From Bdellovibrionia bacterium (GTDB lineage Bacteria > Bdellovibrionota > Bdellovibrionia > Bdellovibrionales > JAGQZY01), in assembly GCA_030427805.1 (NCBI GenBank), contig JAUICP010000003.1, positions 6,756-70,755 of the forward strand: DNA of 64,000 nucleotides, written 5' to 3'. This document shows positions 45,801 to 55,272 of this stretch, in pieces. The position numbers and the translations under genes were made by a program. The notes under the pieces are model-generated. The model ran no database searches. It was given only the letters and a program-made list of their open reading frames with translations, and was not told the DNA's origin. Position 1 is the first letter of the stretch. Each line of letters opens with the position of its first letter.

Positions 45801-48675
45801 GTAGAACTGCGGCCGCTACTTGAGCCTGACCATCAAGTAATTCGAGATCAAATGGCCCTGCACAGAAACTGGTTTCAGATTCAGGGGAACCACCAGGAGC
45901 CGTAATTCTAAAGGCTGAAGGCGTAATCGTTAACTGAACCGTTTGCGAATCATTCATCTCACCAGCAGGATCAGATAAATGAATATCTAAAACCTCAGCA
46001 CTGAGACCCTTGAAGTATACGGTCGTTGAAGCATTTCCATTTGGAACAGTGATTAGGTTATTAGAACCACCACCTGCACAGGATGGAGAGGTATAAAAGA
46101 GTCCAGTGGTTGAAACACCATTAACTCCATTAATTGTAAGTCCCGTGTCTGCCGCTGCGACCACATCGTTTCCAAGAGTATCTCGCAGAGTCACCGTAAA
46201 GACCGATGAACAGTCACCGGCAATAACGTTGCTTGGCCCCGTGAAATTGATATCAGACGCAAGAACTTTTACCTCTTGTGGAAGAGAAACGGTCGAAATA
46301 TCTCCACCAGGATCGGCCGCATTCATAAGGAGGACTTCACCCTTTGGATCCTTCAGATAAAAAAGTGTGTCTATATTAGGTGGACCACTGATTGTCAGAG
46401 CCAAATTCGCAGGATCAAGCTCATTCACACAGGTAGAATCTGAGTAGATTTTGGCATCAGATCCAGAAATACCCGTAATCGTAACGTTGGTCGCACTAAA
46501 AACCTGTCCATCGGTACCATCATCGGCAAGGGGTCTAATGCGAATGGCTGTCGAACACTTACCAGCTGTCACAGTCATTGGAGACGTATCCGGATTTTCG
46601 GCTGTTAATCGCATTTTATTTGGCGTAACGAGCAAATTATAGTTAGACGGAGTGAGTACCGCTGAAGCATCGGCTCCAACAATATTTAAGTTCTCCACTT
46701 TACTCGATTTGAGATAGAGCGTTCGCGTATCTGTACCGGGCGTAAAAGTGATATTTGAACCCAAAGGCGAGCCACCACAAGTCGAACTTGAGTAAAAAGC
46801 TCCGCCACCAAGACCCGAGAGCTGAACCGTCGTATTTTGCACGGCCTTAGATGGGTTACCACCAAAATCCTGAAGCTGAAGAGTAATGGCAGTACTACAA
46901 TCTCCAGAAAGAACTTCTGCAGGACCCGTCATTGCAATGACCTTAGGAATACCCGCCGTAATATTAAAGTTATTAGAATAAGCCGGAGAAAGGGCTCCAG
47001 AGCTGGCAACTAAGCGATATCCATTTGCAGTAATATCGATCCCTAAATCATTAAAAGTAGAAACACCAGCAGTAGCAGTTCTAGAAGTCGTACCACTCAG
47101 TGTTGCGCCACCAACATTATTAGCAATCGAAAGAGCGATCACAGAACTGGCTGCTGACCCCGTAGAAATTGTGTTTCCTTGGGCATCTTGAACCGCTACT
47201 TTGAGTTCATTCATACTCAGGGCACCGGCTGGTGAACTCGTAGGCTGAACGATAAAGGCGAGTTTTTGCGCCGTTCCCGGAATAAATGGAGCGGCCACCT
47301 GAACATTTTCAAGACCCGCAGGAGATGTAATTGACAAGACTCGAGCCGGATTAGAATCGGCAATGGTCGTCGAGATACTTCCTGAAGTTTCACCATTCGC
47401 ATCCGTTGGAACCAGCGGTTGGGAGAAAAAATCACCCACGTAGTTCGATCCAAAAATCGGCTTAGTTCCAGAAACCGGGTTACCGTACTCATCACGAAGA
47501 GTGATATTTACTTGGTAAGAATCAGTTCCGTTAGCTGTTTGTCCCTCAAAAGGAGGAATAATAGCCGGATCAATGGCAATTGTTGACTGATTGGGAGAGA
47601 CACTTCCGGGAACGATGTTGAAGGTTGCAGACTCTTCTTCCATGGCCGGAGTACCAAAGTCAGTCGAAGAAGTGTCGTTTTTCTTAGCCGTTAAAATCTT
47701 AATTCCAGCTTCTTGCAAGTTGATGTCACTGAAGTAGGCTTCACCACCAACAGCGGCGACCGTAGCGATACCGCGAACAGTACCCACCGTTGGCGAGTTA
47801 TCTGAAACAACGAGGGTAATCAGAGCCGTCGAATCGGGACCACCAGAAACAATGTTTCCATTTTCATCAATGATGCGAACGACAGGTTGTTGAAGTAAAA
47901 CTTCACCAGCAGCACCATTACCGGGCTGTACATCAAATACGAGCTCTTTTGCTTTACCGAGAGCGGTAAAGGTAATTGATTTAGGGTTGTTATCCTCTTG
48001 TCCATCAACCACAATGGCAAACCGACAGGTATAGGTTGTATTTGGAGCCAGGTTTTGAATCACAACCGAAGTGAGGGTCATGTTTCTTACGTTAGCCATA
48101 ACCTGATAACTATCGTCATCAGCCGTTTTACAGTAAACGTTACCTTGAAGCGCTTCACCCTGACTGGGGTCAGCGTATGTCAAACGAACAGAAGAACTTG
48201 AAATAACTTCTGCATTCTCAATCCCAGAGTACGGAATCCCTACGACGTCGTTTGTGTTAGAATCTTCGCCACCAAGGCCATCGGTAGCACGGACACGAAA
48301 CTTATAATAAAAACCTTCGGAAAGACCAGCCACTGTTGCTTCTGATTGATCTTTAGCGACAGACTTAATCAAACGTGGAGCACCAGCGAGTGTCGTGTCG
48401 TAAATGTTGTAAGCGACCACTCGCGAATCCGCAGTCAGTGACCACTTCAGCTTCACCTTATTACCATCAACCGTTTGCACAATGTCGAGACCTTCAAAGT
48501 TATTGAAAGTCTTATCCCCGTCTAGAGACCCTTCTTCTAAAGGGATTTCCTCGGGAAGACAGGATGCTAAAAACATCATGGCTGAAAGTAGAATGAGAAT
48601 TCGTTTAATAGAATGAAAACTAAATTGAAAAAAAGTTTTCTGCGAAAGACTCTTTGTAAAAAGAAAGTCGTTCAT
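42835..48675 (-). CDS. Giant lipoprotein adhesin: Fn3, invasin/Big-like domains and NHL beta-propellers with Cys-loop inserts
   Basis: Lipobox LAS-C; Fn3; ANGTDSY.V.ITLRDEYGNPV..TDANG (Big_1-like); NHL blades (P.GI..DG..VYV.D...HRI); eight PGWCxGG-like repeats. Confidence 0.85.
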   Translation of the reverse strand: MNDFLFTKSLSQKTFFQFSFHSIKRILILLSAMMFLASCLPEEIPLEEGSLDGDKTFNNFEGLDIVQTVDGNKVKLKWSLTADSRVVAYNIYDTTLAGAPRLIKSVAKDQSEATVAGLSEGFYYKFRVRATDGLGGEDSNTNDVVGIPYSGIENAEVISSSSVRLTYADPSQGEALQGNVYCKTADDDSYQVMANVRNMTLTSVVIQNLAPNTTYTCRFAIVVDGQEDNNPKSITFTALGKAKELVFDVQPGNGAAGEVLLQQPVVRIIDENGNIVSGGPDSTALITLVVSDNSPTVGTVRGIATVAAVGGEAYFSDINLQEAGIKILTAKKNDTSSTDFGTPAMEEESATFNIVPGSVSPNQSTIAIDPAIIPPFEGQTANGTDSYQVNITLRDEYGNPVSGTKPIFGSNYVGDFFSQPLVPTDANGETSGSISTTIADSNPARVLSITSPAGLENVQVAAPFIPGTAQKLAFIVQPTSSPAGALSMNELKVAVQDAQGNTISTGSAASSVIALSIANNVGGATLSGTTSRTATAGVSTFNDLGIDITANGYRLVASSGALSPAYSNNFNITAGIPKVIAMTGPAEVLSGDCSTAITLQLQDFGGNPSKAVQNTTVQLSGLGGGAFYSSSTCGGSPLGSNITFTPGTDTRTLYLKSSKVENLNIVGADASAVLTPSNYNLLVTPNKMRLTAENPDTSPMTVTAGKCSTAIRIRPLADDGTDGQVFSATNVTITGISGSDAKIYSDSTCVNELDPANLALTISGPPNIDTLFYLKDPKGEVLLMNAADPGGDISTVSLPQEVKVLASDINFTGPSNVIAGDCSSVFTVTLRDTLGNDVVAAADTGLTINGVNGVSTTGLFYTSPSCAGGGSNNLITVPNGNASTTVYFKGLSAEVLDIHLSDPAGEMNDSQTVQLTITPSAFRITAPGGSPESETSFCAGPFDLELLDGQAQVAAAVLPITALLSGAGDAGKYYSDNECSNQITSFLFNPGQSAKTFYFKGQYPESSLNLTVIDNDGNLASDTQAWSVTSDWGFLGTASTQNDEFGQLLPFRTGIKPVAARYDGIYTGGRIAMSPDKKYLYVLDLDGDKILKYDYELNEYIGWMGRLRKENGIGSTGSNLANPSSALCISTNNYQVLPGWCKGGRTVGGNPHLGGLYDPQEIAVDENYVFVTNISGDTVGRYNADTGAFDGFIGTPSSTPPTGPGTGGPGTCTTAANDTEMPGWCIGGSARQPSTSTSGDGRLYNPRGIAVDDSYVYVAVDGAIKKFDKATGAYIGWVGLIRTTPTGGAAGCSITAAGQLTPGWCTGGESRVVDPRNYGGVAGGIRYGFSLHVEGSSLYLVEAAYGGVVIQYDKDSGANLGLLSNLNYTWTSPQQMASDGTNFYVADDERILKISQTGLIEGWMGKVANNAGMSDAGGSGCNSLSPNDNTPGWCLGGTHKPGLDEDSFINAHGVVYDGTGSILVVSRQIPSIRKFNSTTGAYEGSLGLESISPKEWSSDRALAAEYHGFDDDSSYNPIGVTTTADYIFVAERTSSRIKKISKKTGELVGWVGGVTSKPTGGVAGCTSANGMGPSPGWCTGANFYPNWTWNDINMIDDLTDGIMYQPHGLTTDGTWVYVTDYGLHRIQRFDVVTGAYGGWIGRINRSPTGGDPGCNGAPVDTFTPGWCLGGMSEYGQANGGMRRPNGITYTGGSLYVVDAENHRIAKYNAVTGSYEGWIGRIGSNPSSGCTWGSNGNYNVSQSGWCMGGTASRANYRNDRGGGFNFELWSYSQAGIFSDGVHLYVAHTRNTRIDRINLDGSYAGATRSRLDQYTNVWMTDPADIASGGQYCDYPISVWADSTDIYFMSIYPCSRDGDTFGIGKINKTSGTLEGWKGAVSATYPPTGGETGCAGATLSTPGWCTGGRVGIGFYLGQFNGLRGHIYGDNEFLYVTDFEANRLIRVPKKD

Positions 48676-48772
48676 AATATTCGTCTCCGTTAACGTTCAA
48701 CTTAGACTCATTTCCTGAGTCAGTAATTCAGAGTGTTATTACTCTGGGAAACTGGCCTAATTTCCATTAATT

Positions 48773-48799
48773 ATATCGTCTTAAACGTCTAATAACTTA
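48773..48799 (-). promoter_or_regulatory. Putative sigma28 promoter of the adhesin operon
   Basis: Minus strand TAAG-N15-GACGATAT about 100 nt upstream of the ATG at 48675. Confidence 0.55.
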
Positions 48800-49014
48800 A
48801 CTAAGATCCAGTTTTGATACGCTCGATAGTGAGACTTTGTAGAGATCTCTACATTCGGATTTTACATGTCAGAAAAGCCTAACAACTTCCGTTTCAATTT
48901 GAGATTTTTTTGTATTTTCTTTGGGTGAAGGGAGCCTTCAAATTGAAAAATTATGTTCCACGAAAAGGGCCTAGGTTGAATCTCAGAGACTCTCTATTTG
49001 TTCTCGATAAAAAC

Positions 49015-50100
49015 TTAGAAACTAATAGAGCCGAAAACGCTAATCGCGTCGATATAGATTTCTTCAAAGCCGACCTTAAAGCGATGGTTGGAATAGGAAA
49101 ACCCCAACTGCGCCTGTCTTAGGTTATCAAGATTCATGCTCCAGTCTAAGACCAGGCGGAATGAACTCTCAGCCAATGGATCAGAAAACTCGATGGGAGA
49201 ATAGTGAAATTCTCCGGAGTAGCTATTTTGTCCATTTCTGTAGTAGGTCGTTCTAATTCCAAGATCGGCACTGTAAAGGCCCGAAAATCCAAAAGGACTG
49301 CCGTAGGAGACAAAATTAATGGTACTCGCTCCTAAAAATAGCTTGGTTCTATACTTGGGATTTTTGATCAATTTCACCGGATAGGTGATACCAATCCTCC
49401 CCTCCATAAACTGGGGGTTTTGCTCGATCGGCGACGAATCGTAGGTAAAAACCGTAGCCGTAAAATCACCGAGAAGACCAAAGGTGTTCCCCTTATCGGG
49501 ACTGACATAGCGAACACCAAGCAACAGCGACTGGGCTACGAAGGTTCCAAAACTCGTTTGTTCGTAGACGAGAAAACTGTGACCCAAGGTAAAAAGAACT
49601 GAATCAAAGGGTGAAACCAATTTAAACTCTCTGGCTTCGGGCGCAAATAAATAGAGAATTTCCCGTTCTTCGGCACCCTGCTCATTTCGCGCGCGAATTT
49701 CTACAGCATTGAGTCTTGATCTCAGGTAAGCGTACAATACAAAGCTGCCATCGGCTTGCTTTCGCATGGGAAGTTTATCGCCAATAAAAAGCTGCCAGCC
49801 AGGGCGATTAAATTCCACTTCCAATTTTACGAGGGGGCGAAATGAATCATTCTGTGGGATGAGAAAGACCGGAATTCTCTCTTTGCTAATTTTTAAATCG
49901 GAGATGATGTTTTTTCCAGAACGATCGCGCAGAATATGGGCCAGCCAAAGAGCTCTTTGCGCCCGCATGAGTTGCTTTTCTTCTTTACTGATCTCTTTAG
50001 GTTCTTCTTTTTTTTCATCTTGAGCCATTGCTTGATGGGCCCCAATAAACATCGGGCAAAATAGGCAAATCAAAAGCAATCTCGATAGTTTAGAGAACAT
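49015..50100 (-). CDS. Outer-membrane beta-barrel protein with N-terminal domain
   Basis: Signal peptide ending AMA; alternating strands in the C-terminal ~200 aa; terminal Phe (GSISF). Confidence 0.65.
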   Translation of the reverse strand: MFSKLSRLLLICLFCPMFIGAHQAMAQDEKKEEPKEISKEEKQLMRAQRALWLAHILRDRSGKNIISDLKISKERIPVFLIPQNDSFRPLVKLEVEFNRPGWQLFIGDKLPMRKQADGSFVLYAYLRSRLNAVEIRARNEQGAEEREILYLFAPEAREFKLVSPFDSVLFTLGHSFLVYEQTSFGTFVAQSLLLGVRYVSPDKGNTFGLLGDFTATVFTYDSSPIEQNPQFMEGRIGITYPVKLIKNPKYRTKLFLGASTINFVSYGSPFGFSGLYSADLGIRTTYYRNGQNSYSGEFHYSPIEFSDPLAESSFRLVLDWSMNLDNLRQAQLGFSYSNHRFKVGFEEIYIDAISVFGSISF

Positions 50101-50139
50101 ACCTTAAGGTTCTCAAATTCACCGAAATTAGACAACAGA

Positions 50140-51063
50140 TTACTTATTCTTTTTTTCAGACTGACTATTAGAAGGCTTTCTCAACTGAGGCTTTACCGGA
50201 CTAGCCTTTTTATCCTCGTAGTAGAGCGTAAAGCCATAGTAGATCTTCTTCGGATTGCGAATCAACTGTGGATTATTCTTCCAAATGTCCTTCCAGCGAT
50301 CAGCAGTACCGTAAAGCTTCTTAGAAATCGACTTAAGAGTATCATTCTTACGAATGAGATAGGGCTTACCCTCTTTGCGAATATAGACATATTTCACATT
50401 GTTAATCGTCAGCTCGGTACCAACTTTCATCTTGCGCGGATGACCGATCTTCTTCTTATTGACCTTGAAAATGTCCTTCCAGCGCAGGTAATTGCCGTAC
50501 TTGTCGAAGGCTATTTTCATAAGGGTATCACCCAATTTAACTATATAATTGATCGTTTTTCCGCCTTTGAGTGGAGGCAATGTACTCGAAAGTGAACGAC
50601 TCTTTTTGCCTTTAAAGTTCAAAGGGCCATTTTTCTTGCGGTTATTTGCCTGTACGAGGGGACCTCGATCTTCTTTTACGATAAGCTGACTCTCGTCAAT
50701 CTCAACGTACTCTTCACCCGAATCATCTTCTGGAATTCTACGATCTTCTTCTGCACTATTAATGTTGTTGTAGCTAAAGTCTTTGGAGCGACGACCACTT
50801 TTCGTGAGGTTCTCGGCAGCCTCAGAGGAACCCCCCATAAGCTCAGGGTCTTTCATTACAATGGCGCCCTCTTCTGTGATCTTCTCAATATCTTGGGCGA
50901 TTTGTACGGGTAAAGGAATCGCATTCCCCTTTTGCGCGGCTTTCTGATAAAAACCAGGATCTCTTGGCATCTCGTCACTATCAAAACCAAGCCACGAGGC
51001 ACAGCCCAGGAGACCAAAAAGCATAAATAAGATTGAAACCGAATAAACTAATAGCCGCTTCAT
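50140..51063 (-). CDS. Lipoprotein with two LysM domains
   Basis: Lipobox LLG-C; YIVKLGDTLMKIA..YG...WKDIF..N and YLIRKNDTLKSISKKLYG..RWKDIW..N. Confidence 0.9.
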   Translation of the reverse strand: MKRLLVYSVSILFMLFGLLGCASWLGFDSDEMPRDPGFYQKAAQKGNAIPLPVQIAQDIEKITEEGAIVMKDPELMGGSSEAAENLTKSGRRSKDFSYNNINSAEEDRRIPEDDSGEEYVEIDESQLIVKEDRGPLVQANNRKKNGPLNFKGKKSRSLSSTLPPLKGGKTINYIVKLGDTLMKIAFDKYGNYLRWKDIFKVNKKKIGHPRKMKVGTELTINNVKYVYIRKEGKPYLIRKNDTLKSISKKLYGTADRWKDIWKNNPQLIRNPKKIYYGFTLYYEDKKASPVKPQLRKPSNSQSEKKNK

Positions 51064-51070
51064 GGACTTT

Positions 51071-51098
51071 TATTCGGAGACTAGCTGTAGGTAGTTGA
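51071..51098 (-). promoter_or_regulatory. Putative sigma28 promoter
   Basis: Minus strand TCAAC-N15-TCCGAATA immediately upstream of the LysM gene. Confidence 0.35.
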
Positions 51099-51205
51099 TA
51101 CCAAGGTCCTTGGAACTAGACCTTGGTTGTATGGATTTCTCAAATCAATTCGTTGTTAAACGTGTCTGGTAAATTGGATCCCCTGGTGTCAGGGAATCAG
51201 ATAAA

Positions 51206-54200
51206 TTAAGATTCCGTGGGCGGTAGTGGAGGCACTGGTACGAACTCACTCGACTTCAAGAAGTTCATTACCTTTTTAGCCTGCTTTTCAGCCTCAGCCT
51301 GTGAATGCTCAAGAAGCTCTTTAATTTCATCACGCTGCTTAATAAGGGCTTCAAACTGCTCTTCAAGCTGAGCTCTTTGCGCACCAAATGCTTGTGCTTT
51401 ACCCATGGCAATTTCAATCTTTGAGATTTCTTTCTCAGTCATCTTCAAATACGCGCGCATGGGATTCATCGCAGTCGATGTTTTAATCTCTTGAGCGAGG
51501 CGAACCACGTGCTTCTGCAAACCCTCTTTTTGCGAATCAACCCAACGAGAGTAATGGTTAAGCTGCTCCTCGCGCTCTTCCATTTCTTCTTTAAGTTGAT
51601 CATTCTCTTGTTTCAAGAGTTTGACCTCTTCGATCATCGTGGCGTCGGCCTCGATTTTCTCCTCAAGGCGTCGCTTCTCTTCGATGAGACTCGAAAATCG
51701 ACTCTGGCCCTCAGTCATTGAAACCTTGGTCACATCAAGTTCTTGAGTGGCTCGTTCGAGTTGGTGAGTCAGAGTTTTCTTATCCTCTATGAGTTGCTCA
51801 AGCTCTGCTTGAAGTTTTTCATCACGCTCCTCAACGACACGGTAATTCTCTTGGAATTCCATGCGAGACTGGCGCTCTTCTTCAACCTGAGCTTCACGTT
51901 TTTCAAGGAGCTTAATGTACTCCATCTCTTTAGTTTCATAATTAGCAATTCGATCTTGGCGCTCTTGTGCGATCGTCGCAATCTTATCTTGCTCGCGTTT
52001 AACAGCTTCGATCGTTTTGTTTTTGCTCTCAATTTCGAGAGTATATTCTTTCTCTTTTTTCGCGAGCTCCGACTTTAACCAATTAATTTTATCTTCAAGC
52101 TGTTTCTTTGTGGTGTCGAAATGGGTGGATTTTTGCTCAAATCGATCTTTCAAAGTTGCAATAGAGCTATCTTTTTGTGCGATTTGCTCTTTAAGAACTC
52201 GAATCTCTTCTTTGAGTGAATCCGTCTTTTCTTCAAAGTTTTTAACTTCTTGTCTGGCCTCATCATAGGATTGCTGAAGATCCATTAACTTTTGCTTGAG
52301 ATCTTCATTCTGCGCCATCCATCGCTTGCGCTCGACAATCCCCTCTTCAACCAGCTTCTGCTTCTTTTCAATTTCTTCTTCTTTAGAAGCAATCTCTTGC
52401 TTGAGGTCTCCAATTTTAGATTCAAAAAGATCCTTAGTGTCAGACCATTCTTGTTCGCGCTCGGTGAATTCCGTCTCTTGAAGCTTACGACTCAAGTTTT
52501 CTTCGCGTTGAGCTTGAAGCTCTCTACGAAATTTTTCTATTCGATCGCGCTCCGTGGTGAGTTCAATCTCGAGAGTCTTGACCTCATCGCGAAGACTTTC
52601 TTTATCATCCTCTAGAGACATAATCTTGCTCTCGAGACGATCGTTAGTGCTGACCGATTCACTAATCTCTGAATTAAGAGCATCCTCTTTAGAAGAGTAT
52701 TCATCAATTTGATGAACTAATTCTTCAATTTGTAACTCTAAGTTGCGCTTCTCTTCGGTAAATGAAACCGACTGACTCTCAACTTCTTGAAGCTTTGATT
52801 TAAGATTATTGATCTCAAAATTGCGCTTCATCACTTGTTGCCTGAAATCTGCTTCATTCTTTTTCATATCAGCTTTGAGCTGATTCTTTTCTTTTTCTAC
52901 GATCAAAAGCTCGTCGATTTTTCTTTGCTTTTCAAAGACATCGGTGCGGAAATTCTCTAGAGACTCCTGCGCAGCTTCAAGATTCTTCTCTAAAATAATC
53001 TTTTCTCGCTCGAGATGTTCCTTTTCTGATCGCATGACATCATAGCGACTGGCTATCTCTTTGTTTTCCGCATTAATTGTTTCAAAACGGGCTTCGTAAT
53101 TTTGAATTTTCTCTTCAAACCGAACTTCAGTATCCGCAAGCTTTTCTTCAAGCTCCACTTTAACTCTATTAACGGTTTCGAGTTCAACACTCAACTCGTT
53201 CACCTTTGCTGTTTTTTCAGCAATGGCTATTTTACTCACTTCAGCCTTTTCTTTAGCTTGCTCTAAATAGGCTTGCAATGCTTCCATTTGCCCTTTAAAT
53301 CGCTCGAGATCCTTTTGCATTTCGGCATTGAAACGCTGGTGGCTTGCGACTTCGTCGTTGAGGGTCTCTATTTTTTCATCGCGAACAGCGATCTTCTTTT
53401 CGAAATCACTTTTGGAGAGATTTATGATGCGATTCTGCTCCACGAGCTCTTGATATCGAGTCGTTAGCTCATCATATTGAGCCCTCGCATCTTCGACAAT
53501 TTTTTCTTTACGCGCGATAATACTTTCAAAATCCGCTGATGTGGCTTTTAAGCCATCGTATTCATTCTTTAACTCAGAATAAGCTGATTCTTTTTCGTTT
53601 TTAAGTTCAGAAAAGGCGTTCTCCTTAGAAGCGACTTGGCTCCTTAAAGACTTGATAGTCTCTTCACCCTTTTCGATCTCCGTCTTGAGACGATCTAGAT
53701 CTTCGTTGGCAGTAATCAACTTATGATGAATGCGCTCATTCTGACTTTTCAGTTGGGTAATACTCTCGCGAAACTGCTCCTTTTCGGCATCCATAATCTC
53801 AATCTTCTTATTGAGATTGAGGGTTGTTTCGTTAAGAGTCTTTATTTCGGAATCTTTCGATTGGATGGTTTTTAATAGACGATCCAATTCATTCTTTAAC
53901 TGCTCTTGCTGATGGGAACTCTCGATTTGTGCCTTTTCAACACGAATCTTTTCTGTCTCGACAGCTTTTGTTTTTTCTTCGATTGTTTTAAGGAGATCTC
54001 TCTCTGACTCTGCTTGGACCTCGATTTGATCTTTATACTGAGTGATGATCGACTTAAGCTCTTTTACTTTATTATCAGAGCTAGACAGATCATCTCTGAC
54101 CTTCTTTAACTCAAGAACGAGTTGATTCTCTCGAACCTCTTGATCCTGAAGACGCTGCAACAATCCGTCATGCTCTTTCTTTGAAACCTTAAGTCTATTA

Positions 54201-55258
54201 ATCTCACGATTGGACTCGTCTAACTGAAGCTCTTTGTTTTGAATTCGAGTCGTTAACTTCTTGATTTCGATTTCGTACTGCTCAAGACGCTTGTCTGCCG
54301 CCTGTTTCTGTTCCTCAAAAAACGAGACCTTTTTGCGAAGCCTATCTATAGCTTCACCACGCTCACCCATTTTTAGAGCAAAATGATCCTCTTCTTTTTG
54401 AAACTCCTCAGCTCTTCGCTGAAGATTCTCATTTTCGTGATGAAGATCTTCAATTTGACGAGTCATCTCATCTTTTGACTTCAACAGACCTTGACGGCTT
54501 TCTTGTAGCTCACTGACTCGCTTGCGCAAAGTAAGAAGCTCATCATTATTCTTTGAAAAATCATTCATTAATTCTGAGATCTGCAGGTGAAGCTGATCTC
54601 TTTCGAGAGTAATCTTTTGCGCCTTTTCTATGGCTGCTTTTTCTTTAAGATCTACTTTATCTTTATAACGTCTCTTGAAAGACTCTAACTTTTCCGAAAA
54701 TGATTGATTTAAGTTTGAAAACCTCTGCTTAACTTGGCTCAACTGTAAGAGTGCTGATTCTAATTCATCTTCTTTAACTTTTAGGTCTTCATTAAGTTTT
54801 TTTACGACCTTTTCTTGCTGACGCTTCTTCTCGTCAGTCATCTTGTATTTTTTCTCTAAATCACTCTTCACTTGAATAAGCTGATTGAGACGACTTTTAA
54901 AAGTCATTTCAGAGCGATTGATCTTATCTTCTTTTTCTTTAATCGACTTATTGAGTTGATTGAGTTGTCTTTGCGTGCGAGCAAGTTCTGATTGAAATTT
55001 AATTTTATCGGCTTCAGCTTTTTCAAGCTTCTTAACGCTCTTTTCGTGACTCTCAATAAACCCATTGAGATCGTCGTAGAGGGTTTCATAGTTCCAGTCA
55101 ATCTGCCCTACGACCTGCTTCATTTTTTCTGTATCATTGGACTCAAACTTATTACTTCCGCCAGTAGTCGGAGTCGTGTTCGCTTCATGGGCTTGCTGGG
55201 CCATCTGGGCATCCCGGATTGGTGTCACAGTGGCTTTCGCTTTCTTTTCGTTTTCCAT
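51206..55258 (-). CDS. 1350-aa cytoplasmic coiled-coil protein with C-terminal proline-rich motif
   Basis: E/K/Q/L-rich heptads with essentially no Pro over >1200 aa; no Walker motifs, TM or signal; ends FVPVPPLPPTES. Confidence 0.85.
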   Translation of the reverse strand: MENEKKAKATVTPIRDAQMAQQAHEANTTPTTGGSNKFESNDTEKMKQVVGQIDWNYETLYDDLNGFIESHEKSVKKLEKAEADKIKFQSELARTQRQLNQLNKSIKEKEDKINRSEMTFKSRLNQLIQVKSDLEKKYKMTDEKKRQQEKVVKKLNEDLKVKEDELESALLQLSQVKQRFSNLNQSFSEKLESFKRRYKDKVDLKEKAAIEKAQKITLERDQLHLQISELMNDFSKNNDELLTLRKRVSELQESRQGLLKSKDEMTRQIEDLHHENENLQRRAEEFQKEEDHFALKMGERGEAIDRLRKKVSFFEEQKQAADKRLEQYEIEIKKLTTRIQNKELQLDESNREINRLKVSKKEHDGLLQRLQDQEVRENQLVLELKKVRDDLSSSDNKVKELKSIITQYKDQIEVQAESERDLLKTIEEKTKAVETEKIRVEKAQIESSHQQEQLKNELDRLLKTIQSKDSEIKTLNETTLNLNKKIEIMDAEKEQFRESITQLKSQNERIHHKLITANEDLDRLKTEIEKGEETIKSLRSQVASKENAFSELKNEKESAYSELKNEYDGLKATSADFESIIARKEKIVEDARAQYDELTTRYQELVEQNRIINLSKSDFEKKIAVRDEKIETLNDEVASHQRFNAEMQKDLERFKGQMEALQAYLEQAKEKAEVSKIAIAEKTAKVNELSVELETVNRVKVELEEKLADTEVRFEEKIQNYEARFETINAENKEIASRYDVMRSEKEHLEREKIILEKNLEAAQESLENFRTDVFEKQRKIDELLIVEKEKNQLKADMKKNEADFRQQVMKRNFEINNLKSKLQEVESQSVSFTEEKRNLELQIEELVHQIDEYSSKEDALNSEISESVSTNDRLESKIMSLEDDKESLRDEVKTLEIELTTERDRIEKFRRELQAQREENLSRKLQETEFTEREQEWSDTKDLFESKIGDLKQEIASKEEEIEKKQKLVEEGIVERKRWMAQNEDLKQKLMDLQQSYDEARQEVKNFEEKTDSLKEEIRVLKEQIAQKDSSIATLKDRFEQKSTHFDTTKKQLEDKINWLKSELAKKEKEYTLEIESKNKTIEAVKREQDKIATIAQERQDRIANYETKEMEYIKLLEKREAQVEEERQSRMEFQENYRVVEERDEKLQAELEQLIEDKKTLTHQLERATQELDVTKVSMTEGQSRFSSLIEEKRRLEEKIEADATMIEEVKLLKQENDQLKEEMEEREEQLNHYSRWVDSQKEGLQKHVVRLAQEIKTSTAMNPMRAYLKMTEKEISKIEIAMGKAQAFGAQRAQLEEQFEALIKQRDEIKELLEHSQAEAEKQAKKVMNFLKSSEFVPVPPLPPTES

Positions 55259-55272
55259 AACCTAAATTTTCC

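Noticed and set aside
48676-48780. c-di-GMP-I riboswitch in the adhesin operon leader
   Set aside because: Hairpins are present, but the GGCAAA/GCAAAG-type conserved elements are not.
51206-55258. SMC/SbcC ATPase or phage tape-measure protein
   Set aside because: No Walker A/B or signature motif, no hinge or CxxC hook, no hydrophobic tape-measure segments, and no phage genes.
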